Assembly (NCBI RefSeq): GCF_006345805.1
Contig: NC_043001.1
Coordinates: 2,232,001 to 2,296,000 of the forward strand
Length of the DNA stretch: 64,000 bases
Source of the DNA: Octopus sinensis
Taxonomy: Eukaryota
Direction of reading: 5' to 3'
How positions within the stretch are numbered: position 1 is the first letter of the stretch; the number at the start of each line of letters is the position of its first letter. Under the pieces are notes generated by a model that was not told where the DNA came from, searched no databases, and worked only from the letters and a program-made list of their open reading frames with translations. A program made the position numbers and the translations under genes. Positions 51,420 through 64,000 of this stretch are shown in pieces.

Positions 51420-51730
51420 TGGTAAGGGTATTTAGCTCACAATTGTGAGGTCGTGAGTTCGATTCTCAGCAATGCAGTGAGTTCTTGAACAAGACGCTTT
51501 ATTTTACATTGCTCCAGTCGACTCAGCTTGTAAGAAAAAAATAAAATAAAGATTTGTACTTGTAATTCAAAGGGCCAACCTTGTCACATTTTGTGTCATG
51601 CTCAATCTCACTCAGAACCACATTAAGGGAGTGTATGTCTGTGGGGTACTCAACCATTTGCACATTAATTTCATGAGTAGTCTGTTCTGCTGATTGGATA
51701 AACTGGATCCCTCATCGTTGTAACTGACAG
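51420..51730 (+). mobile_element. SINE family C
   Basis: gtgaggtcgtgagttcgattctc head; core gtgtctgtggggtactcaaccatttgcacattaatttcatgag. Confidence 0.8.
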
Positions 51731-51914
51731 AAGTAAAATGGCAAGAAATAACAATAGTACAAAAATGTAAGCTAGTAAGTATGACCAACTGGTGTCATTA
51801 GTGCAGCTCCTGGTTTCAATGAAACTGCTTTAAATGTACACTAATGCAAAATGCTTTAAACACACATATAGACACATTACACAAAATAATACACACATTT
51901 AATCTAACATACAC

Positions 51915-52476
51915 ACATCATCATCATCATCATCATCGTTCAACGTCCGTTCTCCATGCTAGCATGGGTTGGACGGTTCGACCGGGGATCTGGGAAGCCA
52001 GAAGGCTGCACCAGGCTCCAGTCTTATCTGGCAATGTTTCTACAGCTGGATGCCCTTCCTAACGCCAACCACTCCATGAGTGTAGTGGGTGCTTTTTACG
52101 TGCCACCTGCACAGGTGCCAGGCGAGGCTGGCAACGGCCACGGTCGGATTGGTGTATTTTATGTGCCACCAGCACGGAAGCCAGTCGAAGCGGCGCTGGC
52201 ATTGGCCACGAGTCGGATAGTGCTTTTTACGTACCACCAGACCAGGGATCCTGGCTGGTTCAATTCGATTTCGATTTCGCTTGCCCCAACATGTCTTCGC
52301 AAGCAAAGGGGGTTGGCATGGGTGCCTGTCGTACGGTCGGATTGGTGTATTTTACGTGTCACCAGCACGGAAGCCAGTGGAGGCGGCACTGGCATCGGCC
52401 ACGAGTCAGATAGTGCTTTTTACGTACCCACCAGACCAGGGATCCTGGCTGGTTCAATTCGATTTCGATTTCGCTT
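51915..52476 (-). mobile_element. (GAT)n-tailed retroposon, long copy with ~142-bp internal duplication
   Basis: 52141-52282 is repeated at 52334-52476. Confidence 0.9.
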
Positions 52477-52925
52477 ATATGCACATATACACACTACCTC
52501 ATACACACACACACACTGACACTGACATACACAATCTTACACAAATATGCATCAAAATATGAAGGTGAAGCCCTCTGTTTTTAAGACTCTCTTGGAGATG
52601 TTCCTCAGACATAAAATATTACTACTAATGCCACTCCATATTTCTATATCAATATGTTTTAGATTGTGTATATCAGTGTCAGTGTGTTTGTGTGTGTTTT
52701 GTGTCATGTGTATTAGTATGTCTATATATATGTATGTTTAAAGTATTTTGAACAAGTGTACATTTAAGGAAGTTTCATTAAAACCAGGAACTCCACTGTT
52801 AACGCCAGTTGGTCCTACTTACATTTTTATGTCATCATTTCTTTCCAGTTTATTTCCCAGAGATCTTGCTTTTACTTGCTCTGGCTAATTCTCTTACAAC
52901 AGACAACAAGCTGTTGTCAAAATTC

Positions 52926-53100
52926 TCACAGAACCTCTTTCCATGATACCAATCTCAAAATTCTTCTTCTCCCCACAAAACTGGTCTTCTGAGCATGTTC
53001 TTCTCTCATGTGAATTTCAGTTTCTCCAACATATTTTTCAAACCAGGTTGTTAGTGCAGCCAGTACCCCACCCCACCTACAACTACAGGAATGGATCTTA
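52926..53100 (-). mobile_element. Possible PLE GIY-YIG fragment
   Basis: CSC..KYVGETEIHMREEH resembles YIGET.R.L..R..EH. Confidence 0.35.
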
Positions 53101-53554
53101 ATCCCTTCATTACACACATTCATGCAATTTTGTCTTCTAGTAGCTTCTACATTTCCATCTTTTCCAGTTCTTTGTCACCCACTCACGTAACTCCATCCTG
53201 ATATCCTTACTAAATTTCTGCTCTGTTGAGATCAGACAATTTATTTTATGTTCACTCTTTCCTAAGATTTTAAGTCGTCCATATATGACAGGTGAGTTAA
53301 CTTGCCTCCATTTTCCACAGGGTACCCCAGTCTCACTTTCTCTAATATCTGTGTGAAGTATATCAACTTCCCCGGCTGTTTTACGAAATATTTAATTTTC
53401 TATATTTAAACAACTAAATTTGGTTGTGTTCCTTCTTTCCCCCACCTCTCTCTTTTAGGTATATTTTTCTTGCTTATTTTACGTCTTCTTAATCAGCAGC
53501 AGCAGCAACAGCAGCAGCAGTGACAGCATCCACCCACCCACCCCACTGGTGATA

Positions 53555-53588
<34 letters not shown>

Positions 53589-54568
53589 GTTTTTGACATA
53601 AATCTGAATATTTTCTGTGCTAAACTTTACCAAATTTCGTTCTCCTTTTCCTATTCTTTCAAACCATTTCCAAGAAATCAGTTTTTGTTTTTTTTCACCT
53701 GCTTCTTCTCTTTCTCTACCTTGTAAACTCTCTTCATCTCTTTCTCAGACGCACTGCATTGAGAACAACACACAGCATACGTTACTAGGAACCAGAAAAT
53801 TTGGTTTCGCAACGCACTTCCTCTTCCTATCCCTCTCTCTCACTCACCCTCACTCCACCTCTCTCTCATTATTATCTGCTGTAAATATTCTCCTGATTTT
53901 TATTCAATATTTTCTCTCTCCTCTCTTTTGCCCTCTTTTTAATTTCTTATATACATATATGTGTGTGAGTGCATGTGTACATGTGTGTGTGTGTGTGTGC
54001 ATATATATATATATATACACACATGCATATATCTATATAAAAACATGTACATAAACGAACATTTATATATATCTGCATATATAATCTAATATCATTCTAT
54101 TTTGATATAATTATTTAGAAATTGCTTTGAATAGATCGCTTTACAACTCAAGATCTTAACTATTTATTAAGCATTTCACAGAGAAGAATTAAAAACAAAA
54201 ACAAAAAAGTACAAAAGAAAGAAACAAAGAGAAAAGGAACAAAGAGAGAAAGAAATAAAGAAAAAGCAAAAGAAAAGCAAACAACATCAACTACAATAAC
54301 AACAACAACAACAACAACGAGACTCACACAGCAAATCCTTTTGATATTAAAACATATGAAAAGACCCTAAATCGATCGTTGATATTCAATAAAGTCAATT
54401 TACAAAAATGTAAGACTACAAGTTTGAACGATGATCACTGAAAATGTCATATTTATGTCTTGGAGAGAGAAAGAAAGTCTTTTCTTCTCCTTCTCCTTTC
54501 TCCTTCCCCTCCTGTTCTTCTCTTTCGCTCTCTCTTCATCTCTCTATCCTTGTATGTATGTGTGTGTG

Positions 54569-54616
<48 letters not shown>

Positions 54617-54622
54617 CATATA

Positions 54623-54692
<70 letters not shown>

Positions 54693-54699
54693 TCACCGT

Positions 54700-54730
<31 letters not shown>

Positions 54731-54959
54731 CTCTTTACCGTTCTTCTGTAATCTTAATTTAGGCCTTTTCAATTCCATTCAAGCAATTCTAAATATAATC
54801 CTTGTAGATTCACATTACATTTTTATCCTATATAATCAAAACTTTTGGATTATGATTAGGTAGGGTAGTCTTCTTCTTCTTCTTCTTCTTAATATTATTG
54901 ATACATTGTTGTTGTTATTATGGTTGTAGATATTGTTGCTGATGTTATTGTTGAAGTCT

Positions 54960-55735
54960 TTACTTTTCTTAATATGATCAAAAGTGCCGGACGAAATGCT
55001 GAGCAGCGTCTCGTCAGCCGTCTTCATGTTCTGAGTTCAGACTCCACCAAGGTTGGCTTTGCCTCTCATCCTTTCATGGTTGATAAATTAAGTACCAGTA
55101 AAATACTGGGGTCAATGTAATTGCCTATCCCTCTCCCCCCACATATCAGGCCTTGTGCCCTTAGTAGAAAGATTAGAAAGGATTATTAATATTAATCTAG
55201 TTATAAGGTGGAAAGCTGGCAGACTCGTTAGCACCCTGGGTGAGATGCTTCATTGCATTTTGCCTGTCTTTGTGTTCTGAGTTCAAATTCTGTCGAGGTT
55301 GACTTTGCCTCTCATCTTTTCAGGGTTGATACAATATGGATCAATAAAATATTGGGTCAATATTTCCTCCCAAATTGCTGGCCTTGTGTTATAATTTGAA
55401 ATCAATATTAATCTTGTTATATTTATTAATAGTGTTAATTTTGTTAATATTATTTTTACTACCATTATCATTATTATTATTACTATTATTACCTTCATCA
55501 TTATCTATGTCTTTATTGCCCACAAAGGGCTAAACACAGAGAGGATAAGCAAGGACAGACAAACGGATTAAGTCGATTACATCGACCCCAGTGCATAACT
55601 GGTACTTAATTTATCGACACCGAAAGGATGAAAGGCAAAGTCGAGCTCAGCGGAAATTTGAACTTAGAACATAAAGACAGACGAAATACCACTAAGCATT
55701 TTGCCCAGCTGCTAACGTTTCTGCCAGCTCACCAC
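54960..55735. mobile_element. Cluster of three SINE B copies (+ 54960-55180, + 55205-55390, - 55505-55735)
   Basis: Each carries the ctgagttca(g/a)a / gactttgcc / cttt module. Confidence 0.85.
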
Positions 55736-55799
55736 CACCACCACCACCACCACCATCATCATCATCATTATTAGTTTTTGTTTTTCAAAGTGCCATGTC

Positions 55800-56280
55800 C
55801 AGAATGTAAGACTATCATGTCCTGTCACAATCCCCTCTTCTTTGTTTTCTCTAACAGTTCCATTTCCTGATGTTTCACGCTTATTTCTTCCAACCAATTC
55901 GTCAAGCTTGACCTCCACATCATCGTTCTCTTTCCTCTGCTTATTTTCCCTTCAGCCTTTCTGACCATCTCTAAATTCTCCAGGTCCTCTTTCCGCATCA
56001 CATGACAAAGAAATCTCAGTTGCTTGGCCCTTTTCTCCCAAAACAATATCCTATTTTCCACAATCCAGGGGTCATCACTTCTTCATTAGACACTTTCTCT
56101 CTCCATTCTAGCCTCAATATTCTCCTTCAGAACCACATTCCACAGCTCTCCAATCACCTCCCTCCACGTGTCTGATGTTATAGACCATGCCTCACTTCCA
56201 TACATTAACACAAGGTAGACATAGCAATTCAACATACAGCTCCTGATCTTGATGCTCAGAGTATCGTTTCTCAAGATGGT
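55800..56280 (-). mobile_element. RTE LINE 3' coding end
   Basis: MLNCYVYLVLMYGSEAWSI, KQLRFLCHVMRKEDLENL and GKISRGK. Confidence 0.85.
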
Positions 56281-56335
56281 ATACCCATTTTCATTTTTGT
56301 TATCATTATCATTATCATTGTTGTTGTTGTTACTA

Positions 56336-56390
<55 letters not shown>

Positions 56391-56461
56391 AACTACTATT
56401 GTTGTTGTTGTTGTTGTTGTTGTTCTTCTTCTTCTTCTTCTTCTTATTATTATTATTATTA

Positions 56462-57436
56462 CTTTTTTTTCTTCTTTCAAATTTGCTTCCATTTCTTGCC
56501 GAGTGTCTTCCCAACTCCTAGGGCAAAGAAACTCATAGTATACATTGGTAGGTCATTAAACCAAACTCAATAGTTCGTTCATTTTTTTTTTTTTTTTTTT
56601 TTTAAGTTAGATTAAAATACATGAGCAGCAACAGTTCTCATATTGACAATGCTCTTCTCAATACGTGTGATGTACCAGTTAAGACAATCTTTTGCACTTC
56701 TTGCAGGGATGGTAAGCCAGGGATCATTCTCATATAATTTTCAGTTCCCTTCTTGATCATTCCTAGTGCTCCTACGATCACTGGTATTGTAACCACCTTG
56801 AGATGCCACATTTTCTCAATTTCAATGAGTAGGTCTTTATATTTTCTGATCTTGTCAAACTCTTTCGCTGAAATATTATGATCACAGGGGATGCTCATGT
56901 CGATCAATAAGCAAACTTTATTGTATTGGTCTTTCACAACAATATCTGGTTTATTGGCCTTGATGGTTCGGTCTGTATGTACTGGAAAGTCCCACAGAAT
57001 GGTTACATTTTCTCCTTCAGTTACAGCCTCAGGGTGGTGATTATACCACTTGTCGGCAGTTTTTTGATATTGTAATGCCGACTTATTAGCCAGTGGAGAT
57101 ATTGGCCAACTCTGTCATGTCTTAATTTATACTCCACTGGTGCTAAGACTTTACATCCAGAGATTAGGTGGTCCACTGTTTCAATCATGTCATTGCAGAA
57201 TCGGCATTTTGGGTCTGCTCCATTTTTCATCACATTGGCCTGGTAGTTCCGGGTTAATAGGCTTTGATCTTGAGCAGCCAGGATGAAACCTTCACTCTCT
57301 GCTTTTAGCCCTGAGCTCCGTAGCCACTGATGGGCTTGCTTCTGGTCAACATCAGCTTGTTTGCTGCGGGTCACATATTTGCCGTGCAGAGGTTTCTCCT
57401 CCCACCTATCAGCCAATTGCTCGTGCGCTTTTTTCG
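56462..57436 (-). mobile_element. R4/Dong-like non-LTR retrotransposon, 5'-truncated, young
   Basis: KCRFCNDMIETVDHLISGC (CCHC knuckle), ILWDFPVHTDRTIKANKPDIVV..LIDMSIP..KIRKYKDL (RLE) and stop at 56638. There is one frameshift in an A6 run (57060-57065), a 3' UTR, and (TAA)n on both sides. Confidence 0.95.
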
Positions 57437-57457
57437 TTGTTATTATTATTATAATTA

Positions 57458-57494
<37 letters not shown>

Positions 57495-57633
57495 TACTAC
57501 TATTGTTGTTGTTGTTGTTCTTCTTCTTCTCCTTCTTCTGCTTATTATTATTATTATTATATTATTATTATTATATTATTATTATTATTATTATACTACT
57601 ACTATTGTTGTTGTTGTTGTTCTTCTTCTTCTT

Positions 57634-57674
<41 letters not shown>

Positions 57675-57765
57675 TACTACTATTGTTGTTGTTGTTGTTC
57701 TTCTTCTTCTTCTTCCTTCTTCTGCTTATTATTATTATTATTATTATCATTATTAATATCTTATC
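57437..57765. repeat. Higher-order compound microsatellite [(TTA)n(CTA)3(TTG)5(TTC)n] x3
   Basis: Three iterations are visible; a related unit lies at about 56340-56460. Confidence 0.9.
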
Positions 57766-58120
57766 TCAGTGCCTGTTGCTCATGCATCTGTTACTGTCAC
57801 AGTTCTTTCTTTCTCTGAATATTGTCGCAGTAATAAGTTCCCTCACGACATCATTCAATCTGATTCTTACCATAGAATAATTTCCTATTGTAATCTCACT
57901 TGGAATATTTATTCTCAATATTATGCTTTTTCCTCTTTTTTTTAGGTTTTTCTTTAAAAATTAAGTTAAAATAACATTTTTACAGAATCCTTCTCTGGCT
58001 TATTGTTTCCAATGTTTTCGTGCATGCAAGCATGGCTTAATGTTCACATGTATACAAGTCTACATATATGCATGCACATACATGTCTTCCTTGTATATGT
58101 GCGTGTGACTGTGCATGTGA

Positions 58121-58144
<24 letters not shown>

Positions 58145-58160
<16 letters not shown>

Positions 58161-58400
58161 TTATATGTATGTATGTTTATATGTATGTATGTATGTATGT
58201 ATGTGTGTGTGTGTATGTATGTTTGTATGTATGTATGTATGTATGTATGTATTTTCATATGTATGTATGTTTGTATGTATGTGTGTATGTATGTATGTGT
58301 GTATGTATGTATGTATGTAAGTATGTATGTATGTATGTATGTATGTATGTATGTATGTATGTATGTATGTATGTATGTTATATGTATGTATGTTTGTATG
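58145..58400. repeat. (TATG)n microsatellite
   Basis: Direct. Confidence 0.97.
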
Positions 58401-58799
58401 TACCCTTTTGCTTTTTAATTTAGAATAAATTCTGACTGCCTCCCCCCCCCTTCCACTTGGTAACAAGGTTAGGAAGGAAAGCAACTTGTCTTATTCATCC
58501 TCCTTTTGATCATAAGAAGGTCTTGCAAATTTTTATAGTGCCAAATATCTTGGTCATTTGTAGGGTATGGAATAAGAATTTGCATTCTCTCCCATTACAT
58601 GGAACCACAAGGAAATATGTTCTGTACATGTGTGCATGTGTGTGTGTGTGTGCTTGAGTGTATGTGAGAAAGCGGAGGCATGGTAAAGTGTGACATTCAA
58701 CCAAAATTGGTCTCAGTATGGGCTCCACAATCCATTCCAGCATCCAGTATGGTACAACTTGGTGGCATCAAACTTATGGTTGGTTAGAGTCTGGAATAT

Positions 58800-59900
58800 A
58801 GACCAAGTGACAGAAAAAAATAATTAGCAGAAAACAGGTGTAGTATTCAAAGGTTCATTGGATAAGCATTTGTGCAGCTTACCAAATAGTTTCATGTTGA
58901 AGAACTTTTTAAGTGAAGGAAGATAAATTGATAATCACCAGACATGGCTAAATGGAAGAGTTTAATTTGGGATGTACTCTTTCATTAGCTGAAAGAGCTA
59001 ATTACAGATAACTTCAGAACATATAGTGACACTGCGAGTGGAATGTAGGAAGAAAATTCGAATAAAAAGTTTGCATGTGATACGTGAAAAATATTCATGG
59101 AGATGAAGAAATCTTTACCCAGTAAGGTAAATAGTAATGGAGAATTAGTGCAATTTAGATATTTAAAATAGATTTGTAAACAGTTTTAATTATTCAACAA
59201 AGAAGTTTGTGAAGCTGTATTTCATTAAATCTTTAATGAGTAAGACATAACTCATTTAAGTAGCATTAAAAGATATCTCAGCTAATTATGTAAAGAACGC
59301 TTCCATATTGGATTAATAGTGAGGAAGTATTTATTAACTTAAATTTGTAAATATGATTAAATAGTTTATGTTAAAAAAAGGCAATGCAAGTTCGTTGGTT
59401 AATTTAAATAAAGAATATGGAAGCAACATTACAATGATTGAGGAATTCTTAGCTGAATGTTTATTCTCTACTGTAATTGAATAAAGTACACGGAATTGAA
59501 AGATGCCCTAAATGGTTCTTAGTTCAGGAATTAAAGTAAGATATTATAAAAGACAATATGATGAAGAAGATATTGAGAAATAGGGTGGTACATTATTTTA
59601 TAAATCTATAAGAGAATGGATTTATGATGATATTACAAGAAAATATTTCTTAAATAATTTAAACTAAAGGATTTTATCTTATTTAATTAGCTGAAAATGA
59701 GGCTGTGGAATATATTTCTGAATTAATTAGTTTAATCAGAAAATAGCATCAATACATGTGCGAATATGTTAAAATTAGCCAACATATGATCTGTAATAGA
59801 TCAATCTAGGGATATTAAATAAAATATTTATTTAGTTGGGAAACCATGGAAGCACTGGAGGAAAAAAAAGGAGCAGAAGATAAGAGAGAATGAAATTAAT
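58800..59900 (+). mobile_element. Possible very old PLE RT relic
   Basis: Scattered motif-like pieces (IKVRYYKR, FL.NLN) in AT-rich unique DNA with many stops; weak. Confidence 0.25.
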
Positions 59901-60858
59901 ATGAGGAAAGAATTTAGAAAATAAAGTGGCAAGTATGAATTAAAATTATATACGGAAGAAGTTATACTGAAGATAATCTATTATTGGAATCCGACCAAAT
60001 TATTGGATAAGTGGAGAAGTATTGGAGGATGAAGTTATGTGTTGAGTGTTGATGCAGTTTAGACAGAGTGCAAAAGTCTGAAGGTCCTGACAGTTGGAGT
60101 CCTCTCAGAATGATTGTTAAAAATTTGATCTTTGACAAATAGCATCGCTAAAACTTTTCACTGTCTCATATTTCTAAGATTTAGCTTTGAATAATGTTTT
60201 CCACATTAAATTGTGAAGTGCAGATTGATATATCCTTTTGCAGATGTTGCTAGCCACAGTTGTTGCATTTGTTGTGGTTTCTAATGGTGTAGGTTTGGAC
60301 ATTATATCAAAATTTAAAAGTGTCAGAAGTCAATCCAATATTTGTCTTAGAACTGCTCTTGACGTTAGCCAACTGTCAAGTTGTAAACTATTTTCTCAAT
60401 AATGTAATTTGAAGGAACAGGTTTTTGAGGGAATTAGAATTCAATTGTTGTATTGATGAATTTATATTAATTAATTCAGTTTTGAATCAGCTAGATTTCT
60501 GTAAAGTTAGGAAAATTAGAAAAAATTTATTATTTTGTTAAATATTCAATGTTTATGTTATGTGCAGTGGGGAAAATTCCTAAAATATTTTGACAATGTT
60601 TTGGAGATCAGTGTAGCTACAGAGAAGCCAAAGAGATGCCGAATCCAGGTTATGTTTCTACTTACTTCTATTTGTAAATGTGAATTCGGTTTATGAGGCT
60701 TAGCTTTAGATCTATATCTAGTTAGATAATCATTATGCCATTATAACAGTGGATTAATTCTGAGATGATATACTCATTGTAGAGAAGTGAGAGTCTTAGA
60801 GAGATACATTATTTGTATTAAGTTCTTAAAGATATTCCAAAGATAGCTCAAGTGATTT

Positions 60859-60938
<80 letters not shown>

Positions 60939-61052
60939 CATATAAATAATATATAAATATATACATATATACATACATATATATGTATATATACATGCAT
61001 ATATATATGTATATATATACATACACACACCTACATATATATATATATATAT

Positions 61053-61095
<43 letters not shown>

Positions 61096-61440
61096 CATAC
61101 ATATATATATATATATATTTAAGTATGTATGTATGTATAATAGAAATGTTTCAAAACGAAAATAGAAACTACCTGTGCATAAGATATGAGGAAAGTAAAA
61201 AGAAAAAAAGCGAAAATGCACATTGAATATCAAAAATTAAGTAGCAATAAATGAATACAAATAAATACAATTTGATGAACTGAGGTAGAATTAAGAGGAA
61301 TTAAATTCATTATTTTGAATTGTTAAAGAGATTCAAAGTCAAACCGGTGTTGTCATTGCTGTTCACTGGCTTTGAATGCCTATATATATATACATACACA
61401 CATACATGCACACACATATATATATACATACATATATGTA

Positions 61441-61498
<58 letters not shown>

Positions 61499-61539
61499 TA
61501 TATATACACATATTTACATACATGCACACATATGTATAT

Positions 61540-61650
61540 ATAGCTTGTGGCTCTGGTAGAAAACACTTGCCCATAGTGACACCTGGTGGGTTTGAACCTG
61601 AGACTACATGGTTGGAAAGTAAGCTTCTCAATCACATAACCACATCTGTG
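61540..61650 (-). mobile_element. SINE A head fragment
   Basis: agaaaacacttgccca..gaacctgagactacatggttggaaagtaagcttctc. Confidence 0.7.
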
Positions 61651-62244
61651 CTTGTATCAATTATTAATAATTATTGATCATTGATTTGTTTATTAATCAA
61701 TTATTAGTCATTTACAAAGTTTTTCAGTGGGCAACAAACTACTTACTCAAATATGCATTTATTCCATTTACATAATTATTTATTAATCCAGTTAATTAAT
61801 TATTCATCAAATCAACTGTATAATCAGATATTTGTTTAATCAATACATATTCTAATTTTTTTTTTCTGAAACGCATAATGATCTCTCTCATATAAATTCA
61901 TCACCAGATATTAGGTATCCCTCAACACAATTTGTTTTAATAAACTCCCCCCAGCAGCCATCTTATTGTATCATTATTCATCATAGTTTGACATATCATG
62001 TTACATATCATCCTGTTTTCAAAATATTCCTTTGAATTTTGCTGTTTAAAGCTGAATATTCCTTCTACCTGTCACATCCAGTTATAACCTTTTACGGTGA
62101 AAAATAAAAGAAAGAAAGACACCCTTGCAACCATTTATTGAGTACTTATTAGTTTTTTTTCTCTTTACTGAATTCTTTAATATATCATGTGATAACGATG
62201 TGAGGACTTATTTAATCAATGAAATATTTGTATTCTCTTTCCAG

Positions 62245-62325
62245 CGTGTAGATACATCTGTCGTTGCCTCGTTCCACCAAATGTGTTATGAAGCATTCCA
62301 GCACTTGGCATATGAATGTGGCTAC
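62245..62325 (+). CDS. Candidate internal exon, 81 bp, phase 0-0, unknown protein
   Basis: Strong acceptor tttgtattctctttccag|; RVDTSVVASFHQMCYEAFQHLAYECGY; the donor |gtgtac is weak. Confidence 0.25.
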
Positions 62326-62332
62326 GTGTACA

Positions 62333-62373
<41 letters not shown>

Positions 62374-62536
62374 TTGATATAAAATTAGATGATAATATAC
62401 ACATGCATTCACAATATGTTCCAGTAGATTGCAACATGATAATGTTAGTTGCATTTTTTTGTATTTTGCATATGGAGAACTCCTTCTCCTTTGGACATTA
62501 TCTGTTGATGATACAGTTCATTGAGACAAGGAGACT

Positions 62537-62579
62537 TTCAGACACTGGTATTTCGACTTTTTTGTGTCTCTTCAGTTAA
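62537..62579 (-). ncRNA. Hammerhead ribozyme, short stem III (dimer-type)
   Basis: UUAA CUGAAGA GAC ACAAAAAA GUC GAAA UAC CA GUG UC UGAA; the core is intact and stem I has one mismatch. Confidence 0.75.
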
Positions 62580-62679
62580 TGCCTCCCTGGATCAATGAAA
62601 CTAAATAATAGTGCTGGCTCTTGTTTACAACATTTAGCAAACAAATCATTTGCTGATGCCTGTGAAAGTTCTAATTAAC

Positions 62680-63110
62680 TATCATGTGTTTGTAGAACAG
62701 TGAGAATCAGGATAGTTAGTTAGAGAGGTGGAGGTAGAGTAAGTAAGAAGTGGAGTAAATGAGTGTGAGAGAGGGGGAGTAAGAGTAGAGAAGAAAGAAA
62801 TGAGGAAGAAGTAGAGAAAGATGTACAATAAGGATAAATGGGTAGTTGAAGGGAGAGTCAAAGAGCAAGAGAAAATGAAAGTGAGAGAAAAGAGGGAGAG
62901 AGAAGTGTTAACGATGTGTTGTAGGATGAGGAAGAAAAGGTAAAGAAATATGTTTGGGATACAATATTTAGCAGAGGGTGATGTTCTGGTGGTAAGGTTA
63001 AAGAAAGGCAGATTATCAGAGATGTACACGTGAGGCAGATTTATTGAGAGACAGGAAAGTAGAAAGCATTCTTATTGTCAGAGTAAAGACACATCAACAA
63101 CAACAAGAAG
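62680..63110 (-). mobile_element. Probable PLE RT relic upstream of the 62.5-kb hammerhead
   Basis: VDVSLL (motif A-like) and ISDNLPFFN..SPSA..PNIF (motif B-like) in pyrimidine-rich sense sequence; degenerate. Confidence 0.35.
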
Positions 63111-64000
63111 TAGATATAAGCAAACAGCTGGACTAAACTGAAATGAGCTTTGTTACTGAAAACTATAGTGATGGTGGAGGTGGTGGTGGTGGTGGTGGTG
63201 GTGTGTTAATTGGAAAGGTATATTTATTTATTGAAAAAAAGCTATAATGTTATTCTTCTACCTGTTCATTCACACTTTACTCTTTAGTTTGTTATAGAGG
63301 AGGAGGAGGAGGAGGAGTGAGAAAGAGGAAGAAGAAATGTGAGATTGAGTGAAAGAGCTGATAGCCAGTCGATGCACTATGCTGTCACTCATATGGTTAG
63401 TGGAAGTGAGAGGTGAAGAGATAGAGAGAATTGTTTAAGACATGAGGATGGGAATTACTGGGTTAAAAAGTTTGCTGAAGAGGTAGAGAGAAAAAGAGAA
63501 ACATAACGTGCTTAGTAGAGGGAAATGTTTTAAGTCGTATAAAATATTATTGTGACTGGAAGTGAAATACTTAGCAAAATAAAACTAAAAATGCAAATCT
63601 TTCTTTCTTTCTTAAATAGTTTCTCTTAATCTTTTTCATTCTGTGGAATTTCCATGGGTCTCACAAGTTCATTCTTAATAGGCTCTCCCAGATTTGTTTA
63701 AGTTAAATGCTTCAGTGGTTTGGTTTTGGTTTTAGGAGAATTCTTCTTTCAGCTTTCAGGTGTTGTGTTCTGAAAACACACTCAACCCTTTGAAGTCAGA
63801 GGACTTTGAAAACAGTGTTTCACCATGTTTGTGTCATTCCTGTTTGATGACTTAGTTCTACAGAAACGTCCTTTCCCTTATAGGTTATCGACAAATATTC
63901 TAAAAATCTATGACCCCAATTCAATAAAACAAACTATTTGTATCTGAGTAAAAGACTGCTGTCATTTTTATCGTTTCTCTTCTAGCCGTCCAGTGGTTTA

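Noticed and set aside
53796-53813. KIWFRN, resembling homeodomain helix 3
   Set aside because: It is followed by ALP rather than RR, has an in-frame stop shortly upstream, and shows no helix 1/2 similarity.

Overview
AT-rich, microsatellite-dense eukaryotic DNA. The SINE, RTE and MITE families resemble ones I recall from octopus genomes, so the taxon is an inference and not a database result. No host protein-coding gene could be identified with confidence; three short, phase-compatible exon candidates are listed at low confidence. The window reads as intron or intergenic sequence built from layered mobile elements: at least three tRNA-headed SINE families, many (GAT)n-tailed retroposon 3' ends, RTE LINE fragments, two R4/Dong-like RLE LINEs, several Tc1/mariner relics, two long palindromes and Penelope-like element (PLE) debris (RT, GIY-YIG and LTR-like units). 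The main hidden signal is RNA structure: nine hammerhead-ribozyme (HHR) motifs, ranging from near-intact to relic, from several unrelated repeat units. One, at 16066-16142 on the minus strand, has all three hammerhead segments with matching helices, but in an order (c-b-a) that is not a circular permutation of types I, II or III. It is a candidate non-circularly permuted or reciprocal-dimer hammerhead inside a young non-coding element. Almost all long ORFs in the supplied track are microsatellite translations. Repeat boundaries were set by eye and are approximate unless a junction is quoted.
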